Part shown: piece by piece, positions 35,428 to 46,865 of the stretch
How positions within the stretch are numbered: position 1 is the first letter of the stretch
How the letters are laid out: each line of letters starts with the position of its first letter
Source of the DNA: the human T2T-CHM13v2.0 reference genome, Homo sapiens
Length of the DNA: 64,000 nucleotides
Strand: one strand, 5' to 3'
NCBI RefSeq assembly: GCF_009914755.1
Contig: NC_060926.1
Position numbers and translations under genes: made by a program
Notes under the pieces: generated by a model
What the model saw: the letters and a program-made list of their open reading frames with translations, nothing else
Database searches by the model: none
What the model was told of the DNA's origin: nothing

Positions 35428-36634
35428 TAGAACATTAAGGGAATCCAAGGGAAGCGAGGCTTGCCCTTTATATCTTTGAACAGGAAAATGACCCTAGTGA
35501 GTTTTTTCCAGCTTTGAGGCAAATCAGAGCCTTCAGAACATTCTCGGGTAGCTGACAGGCCACTGATCCAAAAGACTTATCTGCCTGAGGGATCTTGTGA
35601 GATTCTCCACCCGAGCAATGCTGGTGCCCTCCTCTCATGAAACCCTCTGGGGCTGTCACTACCAGCCCACCATTAGGTGGAGAGATGCCCGTCTCCCATG
35701 GGGCTAATGACAGGTCACGGGGACTGTCTAAGATGCAGCTCTGACTAACCCAAATTCTAGGAACCAGCTCTTCCAAGTAAATGATCTGTTGGTCCTAGCA
35801 AGGCCATCGGAGACACTCAAATATTATCGCACTATCTCTAAGTGCGTGTGTACAGTTGTGTGCCTGGTTGTTTAGAATAAGACAGCAGGTTGCTAGGCAA
35901 TGTGTTTCCAAAAAGGAGAGTGTGAAGAAGAAAAATAATAAATAAACAGATGACAGGGATGAGATCCAAAGCCTGTTATGACAAGAGCATTTGGGTCCAG
36001 TTCACTTGGGTTTGATGGGAGTGTCACGGGGATGTCAGAGCTTGTTCTGCTGCGGCATGAGTTTCCAATCTTGCCTTCCAGCTCCTCACCCTCTGTCTTA
36101 TGTGGTGGGGACAGCAGAGATGAAATATGGCTCTCTGGAGGGCCATGCCTTTGTGAAAGGCTGTTACAGCTGTAACAAAACTTTTGTAATCTGTGCTGTA
36201 TCCCATTACATCTCAAGGTTCCTTGGGTCCCTTCCCAGCCTTAAGGAAAACACACACACCCTTTCTCTTTCTTTCTTTCTTTTGTTCTCGTTTGCTCTCT
36301 CCTTAGTTTCCACTTGCTAAAAGGTCATCACAGTTGTTCTTTTCACACAGGTTTTCTTCTAGCCTTTGGTGGAAATTGGCCTGAGATGTGCAAAATGGCT
36401 GGGTGGTATCTACTCTGGGGCTCGTCAAATCGTGGAAGAAGATGGGACAGACTGCAGGATGCGAGGTCACTACACTTTGTCATCATGAGGCCTCTTAGAG
36501 GCTACTGGGAGCCTTCTCAAACTTGCTGTGTACTGCCTCTCCTAACAATGACAGCCAGCCTTTCTTGAGCCTAGGTTTTCCCAGCCCCCACACTCCCATC
36601 ATCTTCATGCTTACTTTTGGATATCGTCTGGTTT

Positions 36635-36875
36635 GGCAGTAAAGGAAACAACTTAAAATCAGACCACTTGGGTTCCTGTCTCAACTCCACTAGTTACTAT
36701 CTATGTGACCTTAGGAAATAGTATTTGTTTTCCTATCAATTTCTTATGAAAATAGTATCAATTTTCTCATATGCAAAATGGGATTACTAATACCTTGCAG
36801 CATTAGGGTTCAAGGAGATGGGCCATGTCAAGTGCTGTAGATGGTGCGTGGCCCATGGCACACACTCAGTGGTCA
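36635..36875 (+). mobile_element. MIR
   Basis: aatcagaccacttgggttc...ctccactagttactatctatgtgaccttagg...ttttctcatatgcaaaatgggatt. Confidence 0.65.
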
Positions 36876-37429
36876 TTTCGTCTTATTGATTCTGGCATCC
36901 TCTGAATGCTTTGGTGAAAGGGCAGGCCCTAGGGGGTAGAGTCTTTCTTTCCACATGATTGCAGGGACAAAGTTGGGCTCAGGGTGTGGTTTTAGAGAGA
37001 TGGGAATGGATTCTGGGTTGAGGAGGATGGAAAAGTAGGAGGAGAGAGGAAGGAAACAAGGAATTCTTTCAGTTTCCTGCATTTAAAGAGGACAGAGAAT
37101 TCAAGTGACTGGGTGATCTTGGAGGGCCAGGAGAGACACCTGTTCCTGATAATAATCCTTGAGGTTGGAATCACAGACCAGGTAGTCCTGCATAGTCCTA
37201 ATAACGGAATGTCTCAGATGCAATATGTTCAGGCCTTGAGGGCAAGTGTCTTAGTAATTAGAATCTAAAGCTACCTTAATCATGGGGATGGGGGGATCAA
37301 GAGTCACTTGTTTATATCAGGAAGAGATTAACAAATCTGGATTTGTCACTGTTCATTATCCTGAGATTTTAAAAATATTTGGTAAATAGAATGATTGGCA
37401 TGGAAGTTCTGTGACACAAAACCCAAAGT

Positions 37430-37670
37430 AGTGAAGCTGGGCAGATCTGGGTCTCAATACCTGCTCCATTACCTGTAGCTGTATTAACTAGGCTCACTTC
37501 TTAAACTCTCTGGATCTCAGTTTAATCACCTGTGAAAGGGGAATCATGTCTAGCTCATGGGATTGTTATGGGAATTAAATGAGATAAGGTGTCTCAAAGT
37601 CTCTAACAGAATACATTGTCCGTAGCAGCACTCAGCACGCTTGTTGATGAATGATGGAATGAATGAACGA
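37430..37670 (+). mobile_element. MIR with L2-like 3' end
   Basis: gatctgggtctcaat...tcacttcttaaactctctggatctcagttt...gattgttatgggaattaaatgagataa...tgaatgaatgaa-like tail. Confidence 0.7.
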
Positions 37671-37841
37671 ATAGTAGGCTTTCTATTGATGATTGCATTA
37701 TTCACTTCTTAACTTATTTCCCTTTTTTTTCTTTCTATCCATTTTCTTTATTTTTTCTCATTTTCTTTTCTTTCTATTCTACCTCCTTTCCCCCTCCTTG
37801 CCATTTCTTTTTTCCCTCTTCCTACATTTTTTAATCCCCAG

Positions 37842-37898
37842 GATCATCCTTCCTGTATTAAGGGACCTCCTGGTCCATTTTTAACACCTCCTCCGTTG
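37842..37898 (+). other. Candidate spliced exon (57 nt)
   Basis: ~140-nt pyrimidine tract, then ccccag| ... TTG|gtgagt; motif evidence only. Confidence 0.35.
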
Positions 37899-39008
37899 GT
37901 GAGTGTCTTTAGGTATTGCCCACAGAGGGCCATAGAGGAGCTTACATCTGTATGAAAAACATCATTACACACAGGCCAGTAGAGGCTGCTCTGATCCACA
38001 CAGGATGGGCTTCTTGCGGCTGCTCAGACTCTTGGTGTAATTCCATGACTCTTTTGTTAGTTCTTGTGTGCAATGCTCATATGATGGAGGGTAGAGCGAG
38101 TGTGTGGAGAATAAATAGAGCTGTAGAAAGAGAAAAAAATGGACTCATCCACTCAAGGCCATGGGCACTTTAGAGGAAGAACAGAAATGGTTACAGAGTA
38201 ATATTGCACAGCTTTTTACTCGTAGCTAAGTCTCCATCTGACAAACCATACCTGTTGGAGAACTTGAAGGTGGACGAGATAATTGAGGGGAAGGGAGGAA
38301 AGTGGGACATGAGATCCTGTTGTACAATGTCAGAGAGACCATGGGAGGAAAGGAGAGAGTGGGTCTGGAGCCAAGGAATGCAAAAAGGGAAAAGCTCCAT
38401 GCATTCCAGAGATGCTCACTAGAATCACAAGGTCTCATCCACCCTGTCAATCAAAGTGAGAGTTGGGCTGGGGAGCAGGGTACAACCTGATGCATGGAGA
38501 ATTCAAAAAGCTTTTTCTTTTGGATTTGTAATAAAATCTCCTTTTATGTCTCCAACAAATATACTTTACTCATGTTTGATTGCAGTTTAACTAAAACTTT
38601 ATAAGCCTGAGGGTTGAGGAATCTCCCAGGCAGATAGGATTTTTCATGACATCAGAGAATGCTGAGAAGGCCCTTCCAAGGTTATTTCCCCATTTTCCTA
38701 TTTTCAGGAAGTACCGTGCAAATATGAGGCTGGAACACCCATTGCTATGATCTCTAGAGAAGATAATGGTTCGTTTTCAAATCAACTCTTGGTTTCTTTG
38801 AAAAATTATCAGGGCAAGAATAATATAATCTGTAACAAAACAGAGGCATTAAAGCACCCAGCCCAGCAAGAGAGGTTCTCCATTTTATCCCACATTTGAG
38901 GGAAATCTTCCAGGCATAACCATGGGCAATTCAGCGAAATGGTCTTTCTCTCAGGCATCTTCTTGTCTATCTGGTAGCATTTGTATCCCCCATGTTGTCT
39001 GATACAAT

Positions 39009-39031
39009 CACACACACATACACACACACAC
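39009..39031. repeat. (CA)n microsatellite, interrupted
   Basis: cacacacacatacacacacacac. Confidence 0.8.
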
Positions 39032-39448
39032 GCGTTATTTGTGTCCAGCTCAAACTGATTGTTGATTATTGAAGTTTAGAAAATTTGGGGGATAGAATAG
39101 GTACAGTAGTGAAATTAGCATCCATGTTCTTGTTTTCTTATTGACTCTCTGGTGAAAGCAAAACCCCTCTCCACCCTATTAAGAATTAGATGTATAAAAC
39201 ACTCCCTAAACTGCCTGACTTCCCTGTGTTTTCTCCACTCTTCTTCGTCTGTCAGCCCTAAATTGGTCTGTCTTCAAATGTTTTGGATTCTGGATAGTTT
39301 TGTTTTTCCAATTTGCCTCAGAATCCACTTTTTTTTGGTTTTTGATTGAGCTGGCACTATTTTGGGGAGTCACCTAGTATGCATCCGGTATACTTTGGGT
39401 TTCAGCCCTACAAAATCTTGGATTTATTATGTCTTTCTCTTTGGTCCT

Positions 39449-39862
39449 TGATGTAGTTTGGATGTTTGTCCTCTCCAAATCTCATGCTGAAATGATCTCC
39501 AGTGTTGGAGATGGAGCCTGGTGGGAGGTGTTTGGGTCATGGGGGTGGATTTCTCATGAATGGCTTGGTGGGTGCTGTCTTCCTCGTAATGACTGAGTTC
39601 TTGCTTTATTAGTTTATATAAGAGATGGTTGTTTAAAAGAGTGTAGCACCTTCCCCCTTTGCTCCTTTCCTCTCCATGTGACACTTGGGCCCCCCTTCCC
39701 CTTCTGCAATGATTGGATGCTTTCTGAAGCCCTCATCAGAAGCAGATGCTGCTGCCGTGCTTCTTGTACAGTCTGCAGAACTGTGAGCCAAATAAACCTC
39801 TCTTCTTTATAAATGACCCTGCCTCATACATTCCTTTGTGTAACACAAAACAGACTGCGAGG
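39449..39862 (+). mobile_element. MST (MSTB-like) MaLR solo LTR
   Basis: TGATGTAGTTTGGATGTTTGTCC...gaactgtgagccaaataaacctc; TSD GTCCT at 39444-39448 and 39863-39867. Confidence 0.88.
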
Positions 39863-40409
39863 GTCCTCAGCAGCAAAGATGTGTTAAGAAGGGATGGCAC
39901 TGGCTGGCTATGCCTCCACGTTTTGCCTGCCTTTGGCTCCTCCATCACGTTTCTTCCCAGCCCTCACATTCTGAACCAGTCACTTTGGAAACTCAGAGCC
40001 TGGGCTTTGCTCCCCTTGAACTGCCCATCTGTTTCCATTTTGAGAGCTTCTCTCTGTTCCACTATTCCCTATTTCTTGCTCTGCCATGATCCCACAGATA
40101 CTATATCTCTGTCTCCTCCTTTGCCCAGCTGTAAGTGTCTATCTCCTGTATTTAAGCATCTGGAAATTGTCACATTTCCTTGCTGCATCTCCTTTGTGAT
40201 CATGTGACATACAGCTGCTTTTTCAGATCAGCTCCTCCTAGATTTCATCATATTTGAGAGTTTTTAGTGCCTCTGATTTTGCCTTGGATGCAAGCCAGGC
40301 TGGCCCCTGGTCAGGAGCCTCTTCTATACTGATAATTACGTTTTGAAGAATGAGCTATTTTGTCACCATAAAAGCACATAGTAACAACAACAACATTAAT
40401 AGTGATAAC

Positions 40410-40630
40410 TATTAATAATATCTGAGTGTTAACTATGTATCAAACACTGTGCTATGGGCTTTCTTTAACTATCTCACTTATCTCTCACAATAACCCTGTG
40501 AGGCAGGTACTATTACAGAAGGGGAAACGGAGGCTAATAAAGATTAAATGAGTTTCTTAGGGTTGCCCACCAAGTGGAAGATCCTGAATATGAATCTTAC
40601 AGTCTTTCTCAGCCTGCATTCTTTACCACA
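40410..40630 (-). mobile_element. MIR
   Basis: ctcacaataaccctgtgaggcaggtactattacagaaggggaaacggaggct...attaaatgagtt. Confidence 0.75.
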
Positions 40631-41434
40631 AGGCTGGGACTCCCAGAGGACAGCATCCTCTCATGCCTGGGTGGCAAGCAGCCAGCCACAGACATGCTGA
40701 AGAACTAGGGGTAGCTACAGTTAGAAAACATTCATTGCTTTTTCAAGGAAGAGCTAAGGAGACCCAGGACGCAGATGTGAGTTAGCAGAGAACACCAGCA
40801 AATTACTTAACTTGACAGAATTATTTTCTCTCCTGGGTCAGTTAGCTTCTACTTGACCCTGGTGCTTGTTGGAGTTTGTGTCACCCCCATGGCTCTGCCT
40901 TCTGCTCTGAAGCACAAGGTTACCATTAGCATACATCAGGCTGTGGTTAATTTGGCTGCCCCCTCTTTAAGCTAAGGAGACATGGTCAGGGCCTCAGACC
41001 CTGTGTGTGGCCATTCAGCTTTGCCCTGTTCTGTGGCCACAGTCCATGCTCTAAGTACTGACCAGATGTCTTACAATGCACACGGCACACAGTTATGGTC
41101 TCTGTGGGGATGGGGGAATAAGGTGTGGACAAATCTGTTCAGCTCTAAATCCTTGACCAGAGGAGCAGCTCAGAGCACGAATCCACAGGGCAGTGGAGCC
41201 ATGTGCAGGATCAAGCACAGCGGCATCACTGACTTGCAGGACACTGGAGTGCTGGGGCGTGGTTCTAGAGAAATGCCCTCAAGTCCTCGATAGATCCTAA
41301 ATGTGGTTAGTTCTCTTCATTACAAAGACAGTGGAAGCTGAGGTCCATGCAGATTAAAAGGCTAAGCTGTACAGTAATTATGAGGTCCTTTTGATTAGCA
41401 GAACTCCATCTATTCCAAAACAAATTCATAGAAA

Positions 41435-41760
41435 GACATCTTTTCTATGCCTAATTGCCTTTCCATCTTTGTTGAAAATCAACAGACCATAAACGTGGAG
41501 TCTGTTTTGGGACTTGACATTCTGTTCTGCTAATCTATGTGCCTCTCTTTGCGCCAATACTTTACTCTCTTGATTACTGTAGCTTTTTAGTAAATCTTGA
41601 CATCAGATATTTTAAGTCCTCCAACTTTATTTTTGCTTCTAAGTTGTTTTGTGTTTACATACAAAATTTAGAATCAATTTGTTCAATTTCTACCAAAAAA
41701 GTCTGCTTGGGTTTTGGTTGGGACTGCATTGAATCCATAGATCAACTATTGGGGATTAAT
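41435..41760 (-). mobile_element. L1M ORF2 fragment
   Basis: ctttgttgaaaatcaacagaccata...tcttgattactgtagcttt...gggactgcattgaatccatagatcaa. Confidence 0.8.
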
Positions 41761-41999
41761 TTTTTTCTCTACGTTTTGACTGGTTTGTATACCACAGATT
41801 AGAGGATTCTGGGATGGAGCTTCAGAATCCATAGCACAAACATGAAGATATTCAGAACAATTAACTTTTATGCTGATTTAAAGCTAATAAGAATAAATCT
41901 TTACATCAAATATAAGCCACCTGGAGCCAGTATTATTGGGACTTCATTGATAATAAGATTATTTACCCAAAGGGGAATGATTGTCACAGTACCTACTGT

Positions 42000-42190
42000 G
42001 AGCCATATTTATAAAATGTAAGCCATATTTGAAAAATACTTAATTTTCACAAGAAGCTGATGAGGTAGGCATTACCTGCTGTACTTTACAAATGGGGAAA
42101 CTAAAGTACAAAGAGATGTAGCAGTTAAGCTGAGGTCACACAGGTAATTAAATGGCAGCATTGTCACTTAAACCCAGGCTTGTCTAATTC
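42000..42190 (-). mobile_element. MIR
   Basis: tgaggtaggcatt...tttacaaatggggaaactaaag...gaggtcacacaggtaattaaatggcag...aaacccagg. Confidence 0.7.
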
Positions 42191-42253
42191 CATTCTGTGG
42201 TACTTGCTGTACCTCAGTGGTTTTCAGACTGTGTCCAGAGTGCCCCAGGACCT

Positions 42254-42320
42254 GAGAGAGAGAGAGAGAAAGAAAGAGAAAAAAGAGAGAGAGAAAGAGA
42301 AGAGAGTGAGAGAGAGTGAG
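42254..42320. repeat. (GA)n/(GAAA)n purine repeat
   Basis: gagagagagagagagaaagaaagagaa... Confidence 0.9.
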
Positions 42321-42408
42321 TGTGTTTGAGGGAAGGAGGAAGAAAGTGGTCTGGGGTTCAGAATCCCAGACTTGGTCTCAGTGAGTTTTCCTTTGTCCTA
42401 TTTTGCAG

Positions 42409-42469
42409 ATGGGGCCTCCACGTGAAAAGTAACTACAAAACAGAACCAGAAAATAGTCATGCTGTTCAA
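42409..42469 (+). other. Candidate spliced exon (61 nt)
   Basis: ttttcctttgtcctattttgcag| ... CAA|gtgagt; motif evidence only. Confidence 0.35.
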
Positions 42470-44820
42470 GTGAGTTGGCATATCACTTCATGCTACTTTG
42501 AAATAAAATTTCCTCTTATTTTCTTATGGATAAAGGTCTCGAAAGGTTTGAGATGATCACAGCCTGTGTTAAGGCTGACCAGGGTCCAGGGCAGTACAGT
42601 GGAGCTGCTTTTCTTCTGGATTCTGAACCACCCTCAGCCTTCAGGGCCTGTTGTCTGGTGGGCTCATGGAGTCACCAGTGAACGTGAAAGCCACTGCTCC
42701 TCTGGTGTCCATGTCTATTCTGACAGGTGGATCTCAGCCCCAGGTTGACTGATTGCTCGCAGGTGAGGCTACTGCCTCCGCAGTGCTCACCAAATGCTCC
42801 GGCCGCTCCAGTCTGCACGTTCCTGAGCTTGGGCCACCTCCTGCTTTTCACAGGCAGCTTCTCCTCGATCTCCTCCTCTCTTTTTTCTTCATGAGCCTCA
42901 CCCTTGGCAGCCACCCCAAGAAATTCAGCCTTCTTCATCTCCTTTCTCTCTCAGAAACTGGAAAGATTTTTACTGAATTCCTGATATTTTTGTCTTTGCC
43001 AAAACCCAAAGGCCCCAATCTGCCATGGGCCAAGAAGTGCCCAGAGAGGTTGTTTGGACAAATCCAGAAATGACCTTGAATCTTTACTCAGCACTTAGAT
43101 GACAGGTTCTCTCCTTCTCCACCACACCCTAGCACACGTGCTTCTTGTCGGATCAGGAAATGTTTTATTGCTTTTTTTCCTTTTCACTTTCTCTACCCAC
43201 CCTTCTTTGTGAGCCCTTCCCGGTTATGCTGTCCGTATTGCCTCTCTTCTGGAAAAGTAATCAGAGAGTGAAAATCCCAGGACAGGAAGGGACCTTGGGA
43301 AGGCATTAACCAGACCTTTTCCTCCAGGCAGCAGCCACAGTCGCCGGGGTAAAGAACCCTCTTTTCCATCTTTAAACTTTCATCGGTTTCTGCATCTTCT
43401 CATTGAAGCATCTCTGGGTTTTGCTTTTTGTTGTCTTATTTGTTACTTTCATTTTTAAAAGTTTTCTTTCATTCAGAGGTTTCTTGAGACTGCCTGGTGC
43501 ACATCATGCGTATCCGCTGATAGATGCTGTTGTGACTTGGTGAAACATGTTGCGTGCTCTTCAGGCAGATGTATGTCAACAAACCCTTTTCCTGGCTCAG
43601 CCAGGATTTCTGGGAGTCAGATTTGATTATGGGGTGTCATAGGTAAAAACTGGAGGCTGTCTGTGGTGGCCCAGCTGTGCAGTTAGCTGACTTGGAGGAA
43701 TCTTTGGCTATAATTGGATGCCAAGAGTGGAGGTGGCACGAGAGATGGTACAAGCCTATGATGATGTCTACCCAGGTGAAAAATGATCTAGGTGCTTGTA
43801 ACCATCACCCTGAGCATTCAGTTCTACATCCAGCTATTGTGGAACAAAATGATTTATATTGATTAATTGACTAGTTGGTTCATTTTAGCTTGAAGAGTAC
43901 TGATCAGCTGTGTGCATTAGGCAGTTTCTTGACACACTGCTGTGCTGAGGACAGATTTCCCAGAGCCTGGATGTGTATAATTCTACATGCTCCTTTTTCC
44001 AAGGACTTAAGCAAACAGAGTCAACTCCTCTGTTTTCCTTGTTTGGGTATATTTTTGAAAATGTCTCTTCTTCTTTCCTTTCATTTACATTTTACCGTTG
44101 TTTATCCACCTTTTCCTCTTCCTTCAAAGCTCTAGACCTGCCTCCCTGCCTGTTCTTAGCCCACTTTTGAGAAAGGACTTTCCAACCCCATCCTCCAAAG
44201 GGCAGGGTCTCTCTCCAGGGCTCCAACAGAGTTCTGAAAGAACACGGCTTCCACCATTGTGTCTTCTCTGTTTTGTCAACTGCTGAAAGACTGACACAGT
44301 AGACAATGCTGCAGACCCCTTGGGAGATAGTCCAAGTTTAGGGTGGGGAGGGAATGGTGCATTCTGGGTGTCCACATATTTGTTGTTGCTTTAGGAAGAG
44401 GAGCTGGGAGGTTGGAGTCGCCACACATGTTGAAAGATGTGGCAAAAAACAAACAAACAAAACACCTCATAGAGAGAAATCCTGACTTTGTGCACAAGAA
44501 AAGGGAGTGAAGTGTGTGGGGTTTTTAAAGTGGTGGTGGGGGGGCATTAGGAGATACCCAGAAGCTCTCAAGATTCCAAACAGTCTGCTTTTCTTTTCAG
44601 ACATTACACTCCAAGAAAAGAAACTCTAGTGTATAACAGAGGGGCTCTGTCAAAATTTAACAACATAAATATTGGGCAAATGAAGTTGTTTCTCTGGTGC
44701 TATCTCAACCTGCCAATGGAGAAATATCTCAAAAAGTCAAGAATTGAAGCCATTACTCAGAGACAGCATCCTATGGCATGGTGATCCAAAACAAGTACAC
44801 CTCTACCTTTTCCCTTTCAG

Positions 44821-44873
44821 CCCCAAACCCCAAAACACTGGAGAATATTGGGGCAGGCAAGGCCCGTGAATAG
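44821..44873 (+). other. Candidate spliced exon (53 nt)
   Basis: ctctaccttttccctttcag| ... TAG|gtgagc; motif evidence only. Confidence 0.35.
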
Positions 44874-46341
44874 GTGAGCAGAGCTGGAAGAAGAGACTCC
44901 TGCCCCTGGTGGGCCTCAGGCTATTTGTGGAATGATGTTTGTGAGATGAACATGTTCGCTCCCTCACCCGGATGTTTTGGACATAGGAGCCTGGAGTAAA
45001 GAGTGTATATCTTGGGCTGTCATTTTCCCGTGTGAAAGGTGTTTTGTTTTCTCCCCGTTTGCACAACTTGTTTCCCTTAAACTGTGCTGTGCATGGCTAG
45101 GAAGCTCAGCAATAGACTAAACAGTTTGCGATCCCACAGTTTTGCTTTCTGTTTCTCAGGCCTGACCCAACACTCCATGGGTTCCCTAGCCCTTCGTAGG
45201 TGCTTCGAAACACTCATGGGGTCCTTGACCTGATCCCAGTGGGGGTTTGCGTGTGGAAGTTAGGGAACCTCTCTTTGAGAGTTCTGGTGCCCCTAACTCT
45301 GTAGGGTCTGACTTCACTTCTGCCCCAATAAGAATGAAAGGCTTTGCCAGTAGTGCAGCCCTCTCCTCCCAAAGTCCTAGAGGCAATTACTCTGAAATAT
45401 GGAAGAAAGAGGCACATCTGAAAGCCCAGTGCTGTCTTCTTGTCCTCACATCCCTCAGGATCTCAAGGTCAGCCTAGTAGAGGCATTGCTTTACCATAGT
45501 AGCAACTCAGGGAATATCTGTGGAACTGGATTCCTCCGAAGTTGGACAGTTGCTTTATCCCTGCTAGAGGCTCTCACTACTTAGACCCACACAGTCCTAT
45601 AGATAGAAGAAACCTAGAGAGAACCACCTCTCACACTTTTATTTTATACATGGAGAACCAAAGGCCTCAAATGGTGGAGTGATTTGCTGGGGTGCTACAG
45701 TCATTGTCACAACTTACATTGTGACATGGGCTTCATATCCAGTTAAAACAAAAGCCTCTATTCACTGCCCCAAGGTGTGAAGCCTTGTCTCCAGGAGATG
45801 GAGAGTCAATGACTCCAAGGAGATAAGACTTCAGACTCTTCCTGCTGCATTTTTTTTTTTTTTTTTAAGTAAGTGCCAACCAATAACTCCTGGGGAAAGT
45901 AAAATAATCTGGGGGAGGAAAATTGTTCTCTCCTGGAGATGGGACTCCTCTGATTTGGAACTCCTCTGTCTGCTTTCACTTCTTGGATAGGATTTTAAAT
46001 CCAGCACCCAGCCTGCTGCTGTGAAGTTCACAATAACTTTATCACCTGAGTTCCCTTGGTGCTGCAGCAGATATGAGTTACACACCTGGTCCTCCGAGAG
46101 TGGTTTAATCCACACCAGAGTCCTGACTTACTAGTTTCTTCCTATTGCAGAGCCTATGCAGACTGCTTCTCTGAGCACCAACATCATTATGCACTGTCCT
46201 TTCTATTCCCAAGACTTCCTAGTTGCTGCAAGTCAAGTTCGACATTCAACTATTTCCTCGGGGTCCTTTTTTGGGAGAAGCAAGGCTTTGAGTTCACTCT
46301 TTGACTTCAGGTGAAGTCCATTTTCCTCTTAGACACTACCC

Positions 46342-46518
46342 CAGTGGTTCTCACACTCAAGGAAGCACCAAAGTCCCTGGAGGACCCGTCTAAATGAAGG
46401 ATGCTAAGCCCCACCTCACAGAGAGTGATGCAGTACGTCCCAGGAATCTGCATGTTAAAGGAGCTCTGCAGGTGATTCTGATGGAGGTGGCCCTTGCAGG
46501 ATGCTTTGAGAAACTATA
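46342..46518. mobile_element. MER5-family hAT-Charlie MITE
   Basis: cagtggttctca...ccaggaatctgcatgttaa...caggtgattctgatg...ctttgagaaact. Confidence 0.78.
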
Positions 46519-46674
46519 TGTTCTATCCCTCGAACTCTGCCTGCAGAACAGCCTGAGATGGCTCTTCCATGCTTTGACCATTTGGCCCTCCACAGTAGTC
46601 CCTGAGCTGTGTCTTCTTCGGACCATGAGCAGAATGTGTGTCCCCTGACTGACTGTCCTTTTCCTTGAGAACCA

Positions 46675-46865
46675 GGCATAGTGGTGCACTGGTAAGAGCA
46701 TGGACTCTGGAGCCACACTGGGTTTGAATTATGTCTCTGCCACTTACTAGCTGAGTGACCCTAGGCAACTTTCTAAATCTCTGTGCTTTTGTTTCTTCAT
46801 CTGTAAAATGGGGATAATAATACTACTTGCCCCATAGGGTTGTTATGAAGATGAACCAAGTTAAT
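46675..46865 (+). mobile_element. MIR
   Basis: aagagcatggactctggagcc...ctctgccacttactagctgagtgaccctaggcaa...catctgtaaaatggggataataa. Confidence 0.85.

Noticed and set aside
42672-42938. 88-aa ATG-initiated minus-strand ORF (MKKAEFLG...)
   Set aside because: No family similarity I can recognise and no supporting gene structure.
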